DNA of 64,000 nucleotides from Penicillus capitatus (GCA_965649825.1 OZ287698.1:1379949-1443948), one strand, 5' to 3'. Shown: positions 46,851 to 61,537, counted from the stretch's first letter. Notes: generated by a model from the letters alone, not told the origin. Made by a program: numbers and translations.

Positions 46851-47153
46851 CCGAACAACGCCGCATCAGCACACGTACGGTCGCCTGAGACGAGGCCTCG
46901 CTCTACAGAGAAGTCTCCGATCGATCCACGTGCCAAACGTCCTCAGAGCGAATGGGCCGTTTGGCAGAGAGACGTCGTCGTTCCGTTCGGAAACGGTGTT
47001 CAACCTCGGGCCTTTTTGCAGGGGTAAGGACGCCGGAGCAGCAACGCCGCGTTGTTTTCGGAATGGCCTTCACGTCGTCTGCGCCACGAACGCAAAACGC
47101 GACACGGCGTCTCTTAGTGAATGCTGGTGCTGTTCAATGAAATCATTTTGCCC

Positions 47154-48101
47154 ATGCCGATTGATTTGAGTTTCTTCTCCACGGAAGACCTCGTCGCGGA
47201 GGTGACCCGTCGACTCAACTGCCTCAGCAAACCCGAACGTCGTCTCATCCTCATAGGCAACGTCATGGCAGAGAAGGAACGGTCGAAGGAGGTTGTTTGT
47301 GGTTGTAACAGGGCCGCCAGCGAGTGGGAAGGGGACACAAAGTCCGATCATAAGGAAAGAACATTGCCTATGTCACATCGCGACGGGGGATCTGCTGCGA
47401 GAGGCCATTCGATCGGGATCGCCTCTGGGGTCCGAGGTTATCGTGTGTCGTCTTCGACTCGAATGGCGGCGCAGTGATGGAATTTAGGCCAAGAAGGCGA
47501 TGGATCACGGAAATCTCGTTTCGGATGATATCGTCGTTTCGCTGATCGACGAATCGATTTCGAACCCCGAGTGCAAAACCGGATTCATCCTAGACGGCTT
47601 TCCGCGAACCGTGGAGCAGGCAAAGAAGCTCGATTCGATGCTGGCGGCCAAAGGGAAGGGCATCGATGCCGTCGTGCATTTCCAAGTGGATCACAGCATT
47701 CTGGTGGAGCATAGATCGCACTCACTCTTTTGAAAGAGTGAGCTTTGAATGCAATGGTGTGTAGGAAGAGAGAGTGTTGGGACGTTGGGTGCATCCGGGC
47801 AGTGGACGTTCTTATCACGAGAAATTCGCCCCGGCCAAAATGCAAGGCATCGATGACATTACAGGAGAGCCACTCGTCAAACGCAAAGACGACAACATCG
47901 ACACGCTGACGAAGCGCCTCAACATCTACACCAACCAAACCTCACCTGTCACATCCTCCATTCCTTTTCAACACCTGAAAGCGTTTTCTGTAGCTGCTCG
48001 ATTACTATCGAGACAGAGTCATACATATAGAAGCAGAGAAGCCGCCGACAGACGTGGCTGAGCAGATTCGCCGTCAGTTGGCACAGGCGGCTAAAAAGTG
48101 A
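47154..48101 (+). CDS. ADK: Adenylate kinase (ADK3/4-like)
   Basis: Motifs LILIG|[27 protein letters not shown]|EERVLGRW and KRKDDN; four introns, the first GC-AG. Confidence 0.96.
47721..47742. repeat. Intronic palindrome CTCACTCTTT-TG-AAAGAGTGAG (ADK intron)
   Basis: Perfect 10-bp inverted repeat inside the 61-nt intron 47704-47764; nearly identical to the MCM5 element. Confidence 0.9.
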
Positions 48102-48254
48102 AAAGGGAGATGAGATGGAATCGCACGTACGGACACATGATTCGGGGTCACGGCCAAGTGGACCTAAGCACATCATTGGATGTTGGACATTCGATCGTAC
48201 AAATCGTTTCGTGTTTCCTGAGATCTCCCTGTTCTTTCACGGTCTTGTATTGCG

Positions 48255-49525
<1,271 letters not shown>

Positions 49526-49589
49526 GAAGTGGAGGGCGTCCCTGTTTGTGGACAGCCTGTTTTTGGATCTCTGATCGTGTGGATGGTGC

Positions 49590-50942
49590 ATGTCGAATGT
49601 GTGTGCGGCACGTGGGCGTTATGTTCGTTCGGTCGTCGACTCTTCGTACGTTCGTTCGCGAATTCGCGAGTTTTGTATTTCGTCGTTTCTTGCTACGGCA
49701 ATGGCTCGATCTATTTCCAGTGCACCTGAGGATGGTCTATACGACGACACGGTTCTCCTATTGGATACCGTCACAACGGGTCAGAAGGCGAAAGGAGGAG
49801 AAATCATTGAAATTGCGGCTGCCTTGTATTCTGTGCAATACCGTTGCGTCATCGGCCAAATCTCGACGCTCCTTCCACTTCAGCGACCCGCGAACCTTGC
49901 CGCGAAAGTGAATCAGATCCCCGTCGGTGCCGCGCTTTCTGTCACGTCTCATCAGTATGAGACAATGGGTCAAATTCTTCTGTCCTGGGCGGCTGATGCA
50001 AAGTACTGCATCATGCATAACGCAGAGCATGAACGAAAATGGTTGGCGGATCATTGGTTACTGGCACCCTTATGTCATCGTACATGGCTCTGCAGCTGCT
50101 ATGACTTCGTCTGGCCTCGTCAGCAACGCCCAGGCATGAATCTCGTGCATTTGGCTCTGGCACACGGAATCAGTGTCACCTGTGCCAACAGAGCACTCTC
50201 TGCATGTCAGCTGATCGCCTCGCTGCTGACACATGTTGGAGATTCTCTGTCGGAAATGATTACCAGAGCAGCACGGCCTAAGTGCAGAGTGCTGGCAAAA
50301 GTGCATAGCCTGGCACGCGAAAAGGTGCACGATGCTGGATTTAAATGGGATACTGCCACGCGCGTTTGGAGTCGATGGATGGCAATTGAAGACTTGCCAT
50401 CATTGCCCGTTAAGTACACAGTGATCGAAGTGGATCCACGTGGCAATGAATCGGTGATCTGGGCTCGTCTATGGCAAATGTACATCTCTCACAAGAATGG
50501 CAGTGGTCGTGTCGAACACTGCATGGCATTTGAAGACTTGGGACATAAAATGTGGCAAGCGGTGCGGGACAATGTCGCCATGGCTGCCGCTGTGCGTCGT
50601 CTCTGGCTGGACTCAGAGCGTGGCGGCATCGAGCCTAAGGCACTGCTCGATACCTTTACTGCTATGGAAGTCTGGTACTGGACGACCAAGCATCCTCTGA
50701 TGGCAACTGAAAAGACCGCTTTCACTGCACGCGCTCACGGCATCCACAATCTCCCGGACGCTCTCGGCAGCGAAAGTGGAGATGCCAGCAGTCAGTCTGA
50801 CGATGCCTATGTGGATGGGATATCGGTCGAAGGTGTTGTGGAAAAGGTAGCGGAGAGCTGTTTGGAACCGGAGGATCGTCGAGAGGGCAGTTGGTCTCCG
50901 TCTCTTCCCTCAAGCCATACGATGTCAGCCACAAGCGACTAG
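49590..50942 (+). CDS. Intronless DnaQ/DEDDh 3'-5' exonuclease-like protein with degenerate active site and C-terminal extension
   Basis: ExoI LLDTVTTG...EIIEIAA, ExoII MHNAEHE and ExoIII ANRALSAC, followed by AGFKWD...W. The start may be ATG 49701. Confidence 0.8.
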   Translation: MSNVCAARGRYVRSVVDSSYVRSRIREFCISSFLATAMARSISSAPEDGLYDDTVLLLDTVTTGQKAKGGEIIEIAAALYSVQYRCVIGQISTLLPLQRPANLAAKVNQIPVGAALSVTSHQYETMGQILLSWAADAKYCIMHNAEHERKWLADHWLLAPLCHRTWLCSCYDFVWPRQQRPGMNLVHLALAHGISVTCANRALSACQLIASLLTHVGDSLSEMITRAARPKCRVLAKVHSLAREKVHDAGFKWDTATRVWSRWMAIEDLPSLPVKYTVIEVDPRGNESVIWARLWQMYISHKNGSGRVEHCMAFEDLGHKMWQAVRDNVAMAAAVRRLWLDSERGGIEPKALLDTFTAMEVWYWTTKHPLMATEKTAFTARAHGIHNLPDALGSESGDASSQSDDAYVDGISVEGVVEKVAESCLEPEDRREGSWSPSLPSSHTMSATSD

Positions 50943-51399
50943 GATCCATCGCACGGCACCACCATCTACCCTATCGCCACTGCCGCCCACCCGCCGCCAA
51001 GAATCTCTACACATACATCTTAGATCGCGTCGTAGAAACGTCTGTCCTAGTAACCATAACAGCATTACGCAACTGTCTTTGCTGGCCGTGATAATGTACT
51101 AACTATTACCTACCGTCTACACGAATTAGATCTTCTCATCGCCGCAGACAACGCGGAGATGCATTGTTTCGCCTTGTCTGGCACGAATAATGATGATACC
51201 GTAGCAGAAATCCTTAACTCTGTGTCTCCATATCAAGGTCACACCAGCCATCCTTTCATGAAACTGAGTTTCGTTAGCAACATTTTCATGTTATTGCTGT
51301 TCGAGTATCGAGGGATGGTGTTCATCTATTGGTCGGGTCTGTACAGATTTTGGTGGTTTTTTCGCACACGTCGCTTCCCTTTGGCCTCAGCGACAACAC

Positions 51400-53270
51400 T
51401 TAGTTTTTTCTGCAACAAATGAGATCCCAAGCATCATCACATCTCGGAATTAAGAAGACGAGACAGCAGCAACGTTTGAAAACCGATTTCAGAATCGCCT
51501 TTAACAAAAGAGACTGCTGGGTGCACTCCAAACCGGAAAAACGGTCGATGATCAGTGCCTCGACAATGATGATGGTGATGAAGAGGACATCTGATGGCAG
51601 CAAGCACATGAGCATTATTAGCAAAACATACCTCTCCCTGGAGATGATGATGGAGAGATTGTATGGCGAACTGTGTCCTGTGAAAACAAGCTATGTCTGC
51701 TTTGGTCTTTCATGGCTTTGAGTTCCTTTTCAAGTTCACTGGCCCATTGGGCTTTGAGACCAAAATTGCGTCGCAGATCTTCGCGCGAGAAAGTTGTAAA
51801 GGAAGACGCATCGGTCTCAATCGACGGCGATTTCGCATCGGCTGATTTCTCCTGTGGCACGGGTCTCCATGACATGCCAGTTGACGGTTCGGAGACGAGG
51901 TTGAGAGCATGGGATGGAATCTCTGATACCGGCATCGGTGCAAAGACTTGGGCATCGGCATCGATACGGATCGAGGGAAGAGGATCTGCCCAGAGAGCAT
52001 CGCCCTTTGATCGGTCTGTCTGTGACACACTGGAGACAAACGGATGCAAGAGCAGCCGCGAAGCATTCGGTCTCTCTTTAGGATCGCGGTTGAAACAGAG
52101 CTTCAAAAAATCCCGCGCCTCGTAGGAAAAATGCTCAGGTATCGGAGGGGGTCCCTTAGCCGAGGCGATATGAAACATGACCTGGCACAGGCAAAGATCG
52201 AACGGCAGTTCATCTTTAACAGCGACGTTACCGTGACATTGTTGGCCACTTCGCTCCAGGGAGGCTTTCCTGTCGCCATCTCAATCACGGTGCATCCCAC
52301 AGACCAGATGTCTGCTTGACGGCCATGGCCGGTCTGTTTGATCACTTCAGGGGCCATCCAGTAAGGCGTGCCTTTCAGTGACTTGAATCCAGAATTGAGC
52401 GTCACGAGATGCTCGATGCGTTTGCTGGCGCCGAAGTCTGCCAGTTTCACGACGCCTTCGTGATCGACCAGGATATTGCCGCCCTTGATATCGCGATGGG
52501 CCGTCTTTCGTTGGTGCAGAAATTCCAATCCCTCAAGAATCTGTCGAGTGAACACCCGAATGAGCGTTTCTTCAAAGGCGCCGAATCTCGAGAGCAAAGA
52601 GGCGACGGAGCCGCCGGCTGCGTATTCTAGAAAGATGTTCAACGTGTCTCGGCATTTCTCTGTGCCCAAGTAACGAACAATGTTTCGATGGCGTAGCTGC
52701 TTGAGCACATCCACCTCCGACTCCAACGCAGCCACATGCTCTGCAATGCGGTCTTGACCACACGATGCCTCGTTCGGAACTTGAACCTGGACAGCATTCC
52801 TCGCTTAGTCAAGCCCAAGCTGTACAGGCTTCGTGTGGCGGCACTTGTTTGACAGCCAGCAATTGGCCCGTTTCCTGATTGAGTCCAATATAGACCTTGC
52901 CATATGCGCCGGAACCGATGAGCTCTCCCCGTGTCCACCGTAAAGGCGCTTTCGGCGCCTCCCACGAATCCGTCGGAAACGGATCGATTGGCGAAGTATT
53001 GTTGAAGACATCTGTGCGTGTGCCAACAGAGCTGCTCTGGTGCGGCGTCTGGTCGACATACGACAGAGATGTCTGGCCGATGTCGCCGTCGTCTAAGTCA
53101 ATCAGATTCGGTTCTCCAGACGCCTTTGTTTGACTTGGCTCGACAACAGCTTCGTCTTCCGAGCCTTCCGTTTCGACGTTGGTACAGAGAAAGCGATGAT
53201 GTCGCGTTTTGGATGAGATGAGGTTTCTTAAGTACTGGACGGCCTGGACACACAGATGGCGCATCGCCAC
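51400..53270 (-). CDS. NPK1/ANP-like MAP kinase kinase kinase
   Basis: [21 protein letters not shown]|[33 protein letters not shown] and [10 protein letters not shown]. The stop is at 51618 if the last candidate intron is retained, or 51400 if it is spliced. Confidence 0.93.
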
Positions 53271-53326
53271 GACAAGACAGACGTACCTTCATGATGAAAG
53301 ATTCGACAGTCACTCTCGATTTTGTA

Positions 53327-53561
53327 ATGGCGAACGTCTTCGAAGCTGGTTTAAAAGGACATCTACGACACCGAAACGCCGTTGCGGCGGCGGCAGGGCT
53401 CACGTTCTGCGCTGGATTGTACGTATTCTACAAAGCCGCCAGCAGCTTCTGGCCCGTACAGCGCTCTCAGGTCGAGTCCAACCGAACGCACGCACATTTT
53501 CATTGGCGTTCACTCGCAGGACGCCATATCACACGGGGACAAGATGGTTGTGAAAACATGA
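53327..53561 (+). CDS. Small single-TM microprotein, about 61 aa
   Basis: MANVFEAGLKGHLRHRNAVAAAAGLTFCAGLYVFYKAASSFWPVQRSQ|DAISHGDKMVVKT*, using a 49-nt phase-0 GT-AG intron; it fills the gap between the MAPKKK and Pescadillo. Confidence 0.5.
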
Positions 53562-53585
53562 ACGTGTCGACAAATGTCAATGATC

Positions 53586-55580
53586 TCACTCGCGCTCCGT
53601 TCGTTGTGCTTTCTTCCTTCTAAGCTTCTCGACCTTTGCTTTCTTGGCGGTCTCTTTGCGTTTGAGCTGTTTGTATTGGTGTCGCTTGGTTACCATAATC
53701 TCATCCATTTTCTCTTTCTCTTTCAACGCCTCCGCCTCTCTGCGTTTCTTTGCCTCGGCTGTCGACGTCGATTTCGAAATCTCCATTGGGAATTCTGTCT
53801 CCAGTTCCAACTCCAGCTCTCCTAAATACGCCTCTTCCTCTTTCTTGGCTTTCTCCAGCTCATCTTCCTCTTGGAACGTCACATCATCAGCGAGAACCTC
53901 TTCCAGCGCCTGTTCCTGAGCGGAGATATCATTGGTTTGGCGAACGAGATTAGCCGCTTCCTGGATCATTTGGATCTCTTTGGCATAGTCCGGTACATAT
54001 CCTTCTTCTTCAGACGAGGCAAAAGGCGAGAGGTGTGGAGGACAAGGTTGGCCAATAGCGTAACGCTCAGTCGGCAAAAGGACACGCGCATTGCAACAGT
54101 CGAAGATCCACTGAGGCTGCACATACTCTCGTCCAGGTGCTTGCATCTCATCCTTCACACGCTCTCTATCACAAACACAGTGAGTAATGCGATCATCTCG
54201 AACATGAAGGCCCGATTCTTCGTCCTCCCAAGCCACTACACCACCAAAGGCACTAGCATCCAATCCAAAACTCAGGGGATGAATAGAGGCGACGTCGCGG
54301 AGTACCGAATGACGAACATGAGTTGATCGACGGGGGTCTCGCGTCCCAGGAAGAAGACGAGTCCTTGAAAGAGCTTAGCGCAGAGCGTGCGATCATCGTG
54401 GACGGAAACATGAGATGTTTCGCCGGCGGCTTTTTCGCCGATCTCGTCTTCCAGTTCCACTAGTTCTTCATCTTCATCGATCGCGTCGTTTTCGATCGGC
54501 GGAGACGCGATCGAATCGACGATCGGCGTTTCTTGCGCCACCGAGAGGGGATTCGGAACGGTGCTGTCCGTTTCCTCTTTCGCCGAAAGATTTGGAGGAT
54601 AGCGCTCGCCAATCGAATGGAACAATCTGAAATTCACGAACCCCAGCATCGTTTTGTAGAACTCCATATAGCAGGTCATGATGAAAGGATCCAACTGCTG
54701 GGTGTCGAAATTCTGCACAAACTTGTGTGGCACGCACCACGTTACGAGTGTCCCCATAACGTCCGCCTAAATTCAACCTTCATTCAACCCGCTTTCGCCG
54801 GCACCCAATGTGACTTGATAGTAGTATCCCTTGACGGAAATGAAGACCTTGCGCAAGGAGTGCGTTTTAACTACGTAAGCTTGAAACTCGGCACATAGAC
54901 GTGACGCCGCTCCGTGGATCACAGGCGCATTACGAAACGACTCCTGTTGGTGCAGATTGGCAAACAGGTGTGCCATCGTCAAGGGATCATCCAAATCGCG
55001 CAATGCATGTTGGAATGTCGGGTACCTGCACAGAGAATCCAACACGTATGACGAAGAGTCCAAAAATCGACCTTTCTTTCAAAATGTGCGAGAGACTCAG
55101 TTTGGGAAACTTCCGTCTGAGTCTCTTCGCCTCCGTTCCATCTCGTCTTCTTTCGGCGGCGCGAATCTTCCTGAGAGATTGCCGTTGCTTCCTACACTGC
55201 CAGACATGAGCCTCGGCACATCTGAAGATCTCTGCTCGCCTCAAGACAACAATGGACGGCTCGTGTGCCATGAACTTGATATCTTTGTTATGATAAAAGA
55301 CTCGAGCATCCCTTCGCGATTTTTTTGGCACACGAGGGTGAATGCCTTTGTAGATGCACAACTGCCTAATCGACGCAGCAGATCTCTTTACGGTAAGGGG
55401 AAACACAAAGTGGAGTACCTGAAGGTTTTGAGCGACACCTGCAGTTTCTTGAGCGACTGCGTTCGCGTCAGGAACTTCGAATGTCGCACCTAAGGAGATA
55501 CGCATACCATAACGTTCCGCGACCATCGACGATCTGTCGGTCCCTTCCCTCACCTGACGTCTCTTGTACAGTGGCGGCAT
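53586..55580 (-). CDS. PES1: Pescadillo (PES1/NOP7) ribosome biogenesis factor
   Basis: Motifs LTRTQSLKKLQVSL, LCIYKGIHPR, RYPTFQHALRDLDD, ISVKGYYYQ, BRCT (YVQPQWIFDC) and LPPHLSPF-like; K/R-rich tail. Confidence 0.95.
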
Positions 55581-55738
55581 CGTCGCGAACCGAATGGACG
55601 AATGGAGAAGATGTTGGAAGGGAACCGCGATTTTATCTTCGCTACATGTCCATCCCGTTAGAATAACATTCACCAACCACTGCCAGTTCCCGGGAGAATG
55701 CAACAAGGCATGTGCAATGACGACATATGGGCAAAGAT

Positions 55739-57724
55739 CTAAACAGTCGTTGCTTGATTCGGGTGAGTTTCAGACTCGGGATGCACGAGTTCATAAGGTT
55801 TACCCTCTTCCTTCGTGTGATGGACACTGTAGAGAAGGTAAGAACAGATAGAAATACAGAGCCACACTAAGAAACGAAAATAAGCGTCCTTTCCTAGGGT
55901 GACAGTCAAATGAACACATGAAAGGAGACCCAGACATGAAATAAGAGGCTGGAATGTAAAAGAAAATGAGAAGGATTTATTGACGATGGGGAGATGGTGG
56001 AAGGAGCAGACAATTAACAAGAAGCAACCTAGATACAGAGCAGCAGGCTTTCGATCTCGGTAAGTGAGGCATGAGAGAACGCACCGATGATGAGGAGCCA
56101 CAATTCGATAGGCCATTCGTGTTCCACCGAGATGCCTTCGATTATGCTGATGACGAGGACGAGCGCCAAACGCGCCGCCACCCATCCAGGATGTGCAGGT
56201 TTGGTGTCCGCTTCATAAACAACGCCTTCTGTTTTTACATATCTGCAGCAGGGCATTCAGAAATGCGATGCATTCGATGGAGGTGTATGTACTTTCTCCA
56301 GATGGAGGCTGCACAGACAACACTGAAGATGCAGAAGACACTCAAAGAGACCATTGACGATAATGTATTGATATCAAAAAACATTGTCATTACGGCACTG
56401 ACGCCACTCACCAGAAGAGTCGCGTGCACAGGTGTGGCCGTGCGTTCATTGATGGTAGCCTGTACGGCACAGATCATCGACATGATCGAGGCCATTGTAT
56501 GGACTGCTTACCAACATCTTCGGTAGGAAGCCTTCTCTGGCAAGCACCATCACCAAACGGCATTGTGTACAGACGCCGCTGAAGATCGATGTCACGATCC
56601 CACAGAGAGCGCCAAGGGATACGATTCGATCGGCCCACTCCCATCCGTGTGCTTTGAATGCCGAGGAAAAAGGCGCCATCGTGTCAATTTCGTTATACCT
56701 AGAAAAGGATGGAATGCAAGGATATTGCCAGTCATGTCCGGTGGTCTTACGGAACCATGCCGATCAAAGCAGCAGCCATCAGGCCATAGAGAAGGGTACA
56801 AATGGACAGTGATGTCACAATACCCAACGGCACGTCCCTGGAAGGATTACTTGTCTCCTCTGCGACATTGGCAATAGATTCAAATCCCAGGTATGCAATA
56901 AACAGAATGGATGCTCCGTGGAATGCACTATTTCCACTAAACTCCTTCGGAAAGAACGGCGTGTAATTCGCCGTGTCGATTTTAGGAATCGACGCTCCGA
57001 TGGTAAAGAGGATGACGAGGATACACAATGCAGTTGCCACGGAATTGAAGGTAAAGGATTCCCGTACGCCACAAGCCAACAAGAATGCCAGGAAAAGCAC
57101 GACAAGTGCTCCCGCGATATCCACCTCTGCATCATTCCAGGGAACATGAATCATCAGTGCGTCACTCGGGATCCCTAGAAATGTCGAAAAATAACCACTA
57201 AACCCCCTCGCGACAGCTCCTATGCTGAGAATGGCTCCCATCATAAGACTGCTCGCCACAATCCTGTACAGACAGGCAGCCACAAGGAACGTGACGTGGT
57301 GCATCGATCGAGAGGGAAATGGACAAACCACGAGGCAAATTCGCCGAAGACCAAGTCAACGTAGCTATAAGCAGCACCCGAGATGGGCACATCGGCAGCG
57401 AACTCGGCATAGATGAGCGCCATAAAGAGAGCCACTATGCCAGCCAGAGCATAAGAGAGAATAACAGCTGGGCCTGTTTCGTTGCGACCAACGTCACCCG
57501 TCAACACAAAAACGCCAACGCCAATCATGGACCCCAACCCAAACATTATCTGCACACCTCTCCATTGACCGCAAGAAGGGTTTTGCCCGTTTGAAGCGTA
57601 CAAGGTCGCATAGACTGAGGACACGCTTCAGATTGGAATCGCCCGATGCCTTGGCGGTCATTTCTTGGACCGAAGTGCATCGGAAAGCTTTACTGCGAAA
57701 TCTCTTCCAGGTGATAGCTAACAT
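55739..57724 (-). CDS. Cationic amino-acid transporter (APC/CAT family), tandem copy 1
   Basis: Motifs GLGSMIGVGVFVLTG, TGPAVILSY, YAEFAADVP, AYLGFESIA, AREGFLP and a C-terminal FQPLISC region. Confidence 0.92.
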
Positions 57725-58775
57725 CGAACCGTTTGGCGACGAGGAATTTTTCAAATGGTCAAGCGTCAGCACTGGGCGCAAGAAAGCAGAATACTCAGAC
57801 TTTCTGCTGGGCGAGGAAGGTATCTTTCTTTTCGACGCTCTCTGTTTTAACAGTGGCTGTTATGAAATGGCAATTCTACGTCAAATCTCACCATACTAAC
57901 CGCTCTGAAGTGACTCTCTAGTAGATCGCTGCCGAAAGAATAACGGGTGGACTGAGCGTACGCACTGCTAAAAGACTTGTCGCAGTTTAGAGATGAGGAC
58001 GATGTTTGAAGATAGTGAAGTACACGACGTCGTGTCTCGAAATGTCTATGCGATTGGGGTCGGGTGTTGGAGGGATGTTGCACGAGTGAGGTCATGTGGA
58101 TGGGCAGGGTGTAGAGGACAAACGATCGAATGGGCAAAACCGCCCAGCCGGAACTGTTGGAAGGCAGTCGCTGATCGATTTGATGGTACACGACGGTTGT
58201 GACACTCCTGAAGCGTCGGAGAGAATCAACGGTATAAGACGGGAAACTATTTCCATACACATCCACCCTCTCAAACTCACGTGCCAAGAATAGAGGAACT
58301 GCAAAGACGCTCTATGAATAGTAGGGAAGCGTTCCCAGAATAGGCAGTCGATTTCGCAAATGCTGCTGATAGCTGGAAATGTGCTGTTGTGTCGAGTGGG
58401 AGGGGTGAATGTGGCCTTCGAAGAAGAGGATGGATGTATCCAACCGTTACTCCTTGTCAAAAGCGATTCCTTCGTGGAGAGATGTGAAAGAAGGTACATC
58501 ACACATAGATGAGGAATGACAGGTTAGCTGTCTGTACTGCTGCACGATCGAGAAACGGAGAGAAGGCTGAATAGGAGGAGAGGGATACGGATGCTGACCC
58601 ATAGCACCTTGTCACTATGATGCAACCTCACTCACATAACACTTACACAAACAAGATGATTATGTCCGCCGACACAAGAATCGTACGCTCTCAAAAACAC
58701 AGTCCAGTGTTCCCAACCTGCGGTGCATCTAGATATCCACCGAAAAATTCAATAGTGTACAGAAAGGGCATCCCC

Positions 58776-60791
58776 CTATTTTGCATCGAGACGCGTAGAT
58801 TCACTCGTCTCTTGTCCAACGAAAGAATGCGTTTCACATAGATGGGTCTGATAGAGCAAAGAAGTCTCTTCGTCAGGACGGTGCATCCCATGGAAGACAT
58901 AGATCAACGAAGAGATCAGCATCCATGGAATACAGCGACCGAATGCCGCAGTGCCTGTCGCGACAGCCAGATGCACACACGACAACACAGTCAAACAGGA
59001 GATAAGAGGTTGCAGAGGCAGATTAAAGACGGATGATTGGAAGACCACTGGCAGAGGCATAAAGGACAACTCGACGAGAGTAAATCCACCTGATCGATCG
59101 GAGACGGATCTCCATCAGAGAGACAAAGAACGGGCGGGACATACCTATCGATAGCATCCATAGCCAGAGAGGCCAATCGTATTCGATCGAGAGTCCTTCG
59201 AAGATGCTCACAGCGATGAGCAACACGAGACGCAACGTCAGAGAGAGAAGGTTGTTGGATGGGACATCGCTGGGGCAAGGCAAGCTCTCCACCCTCACGT
59301 ATCTGCAACGACACAGTCGACGTTCTCTATCTGTTGGCGGAGAAAAATCCGGACCTCCTCCAGATGGACGCCAAAGGAATGATGGCGTGGATGCACAGAA
59401 CGATAAAGGAAAGCATAGGGAGCAAGGCATGGATATCGAAGAACAAAGCAAAGAGAGTACCAAGAGTGCCCATAATCAATGTCGCTGTCAAAGGGGTTTC
59501 CGTTGCTCGATACACCGATGCCTACATATCTCTCCTACTCCGAATACGGAAAGGCTTGCGCTTACAAGCTGATGTGGCAGAAAACCGTTTCTCCCCAACA
59601 CCATCAGCAAACGACTGGCATCACATAACATGCTGAACATCGTCGTCAACATGGCGCACACAGCACCGAACGAAACAATACGACCTGCCCAGTTCCAATT
59701 CAGCCGAGTGAAGGCGGAAGAAAAGGGCGTGTCCACATCGATGGCCTTGTACCTATCCATTTCATCGATCCTATCAAACGCAGTTTTGTCTAGAGTGTGC
59801 CTACGGAACGATGCCGATGAGTGCCGCTGCTAAGAGGCTATACAGAACGATGCTGACGACAAGGCAGACAACGATCGCCATGGGCAGATTTCTGGATGGA
59901 TTCTGTGCATCTTCGGCGACACTTGCGAGGGAGTCAAATCCGAGATAGGCATAGTAGAGAAGAGAGATTCCACGACATATCTTCGTCACCTTGGCGTCCT
60001 CCGGAAAAAAGGGCGTGTAGTTGTTGACGTCCACGTTGGGAATGGCGGCCACAATGATGAAGACGATAACCGTCATACTCATTCCTGTGGTAATGCCATT
60101 CACCGTAAAGGATGTTCGAACGCCACATGCCAGCAGAAGGGTCAGCATCGCGATGACGGCAGCGCCGAGGACATCGATCACCACTTCGTCCGTATGATCG
60201 AATCGGATGATCAGAGATTCGTGATCGATGCCCAAAAACGTCGAGACGTAACCCGTGAATCCCTTCCCCAATGCTCCAAGAGAGACGACGTATCCCCACA
60301 GAAAACTGCTGGCAACTAACCTAAAACGCGGCACGATCATGTGTGTATTGAGAGAGGTCGAAACCAGCCAGGGAATTCGCCGAACACGAGATCGATGTAT
60401 GTATAGCACGAGCCAGCGATCGGCACATCTGCAGCAAATTCTGCGAGGACCAGTGCGTTGCACAGTGCCACCAAACCGGCCAATACGTAAGCCAGGATCA
60501 CAGCTGGACCTGCATCTTCATTGGCCACTTCACCGGTGACGACGAAAATTCCGGCGCCGATCATGGACCCCAGACCAAGCATCACCTAGGCAGACACCTC
60601 CTCTGCCTCCGAAACGGGTTTTAACTGCCACGTTTGTGCGTTCTTTGTCGCATCGAATGGCCAAATCTTACCAAATCGGGAAATCCGAGAACGCGCCTGA
60701 GGTTCGTACGGGTTGCTGCTCGGGTAATGAGGACATCAAGAGACCCACGGCGAAAAGCTCGCTTGCGAAACTTCGACCACAAGGCAGACAT
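58776..60791 (-). CDS. Cationic amino-acid transporter (APC/CAT family), tandem copy 2
   Basis: Motifs GLGSMIGAGIFVVTG, AGPAVIL, LAEFAADVP, AYLGFDSLA and GRNGFLP; first intron at the same position as in copies 1 and 3. Confidence 0.92.
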
Positions 60792-61537
60792 TGCAACAGT
60801 GGTTGGTTCGCTTCCGGACAGATCGTTGTGCTGCGCTATGACAAGACAGTTATCTAACGACGAAAGGCAACGGATGATAACGAGTCCATCTTGCCTGAGT
60901 CTGTCGTTATCTGTCCTTCTCCCTTACACATATCTTTGAATTTCGGCCACTTTATACCAGAGCAGACACCCCATGCGTTCGGCAGGCGATCAAATCTGGC
61001 CAGCTAGATATGCATCTTAGAATTCTGGATCTAGATCAGACGCCACGTTCTGTAAGCGTTGTTTCAGTTGTGCGAGACGGAAGGCGTGTTAGCCGTTTAA
61101 CACGCACGAATGAGGAGATCTGGGTAAAATAGTGAAAGAGATACCGGCTACTAGTACTTACAGACAACTTCTCAGCAAAGCAAGCTCAGAGAATATTCAT
61201 ATGATACGCCATCATTGCGACATGTCCAGAAAACGAAACACCAATCATCTAACGTATCCTTTCACGAGCATATTCATAACATAGCATCCCAACTGGCACA
61301 CGGCCAGAGTTCCTACTGATACGGCATTCCATTGTCAACAAGGAGGAAGAATGCTTCGACCAAGAAAGCAGGTTGCTACGGTTACAAAAGAAAGTCGATG
61401 AATTGACAGCCGTTTGTTCTATGGACACGAACTGATTAATAGCAGCTCATTGGAGTAATCTGTTTATGTTGTGTCATGGAGTCCAAGGTAAGATGAACAT
61501 CTATCCAATCATTCGGCAGATATCGTCGTAAGAATGC

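Noticed and set aside
47700-47770. Apparent non-canonical splice junction in ADK
   Set aside because: A GT-AG intron at 47704-47764 gives IL|EERVLGRW, matching the consensus.
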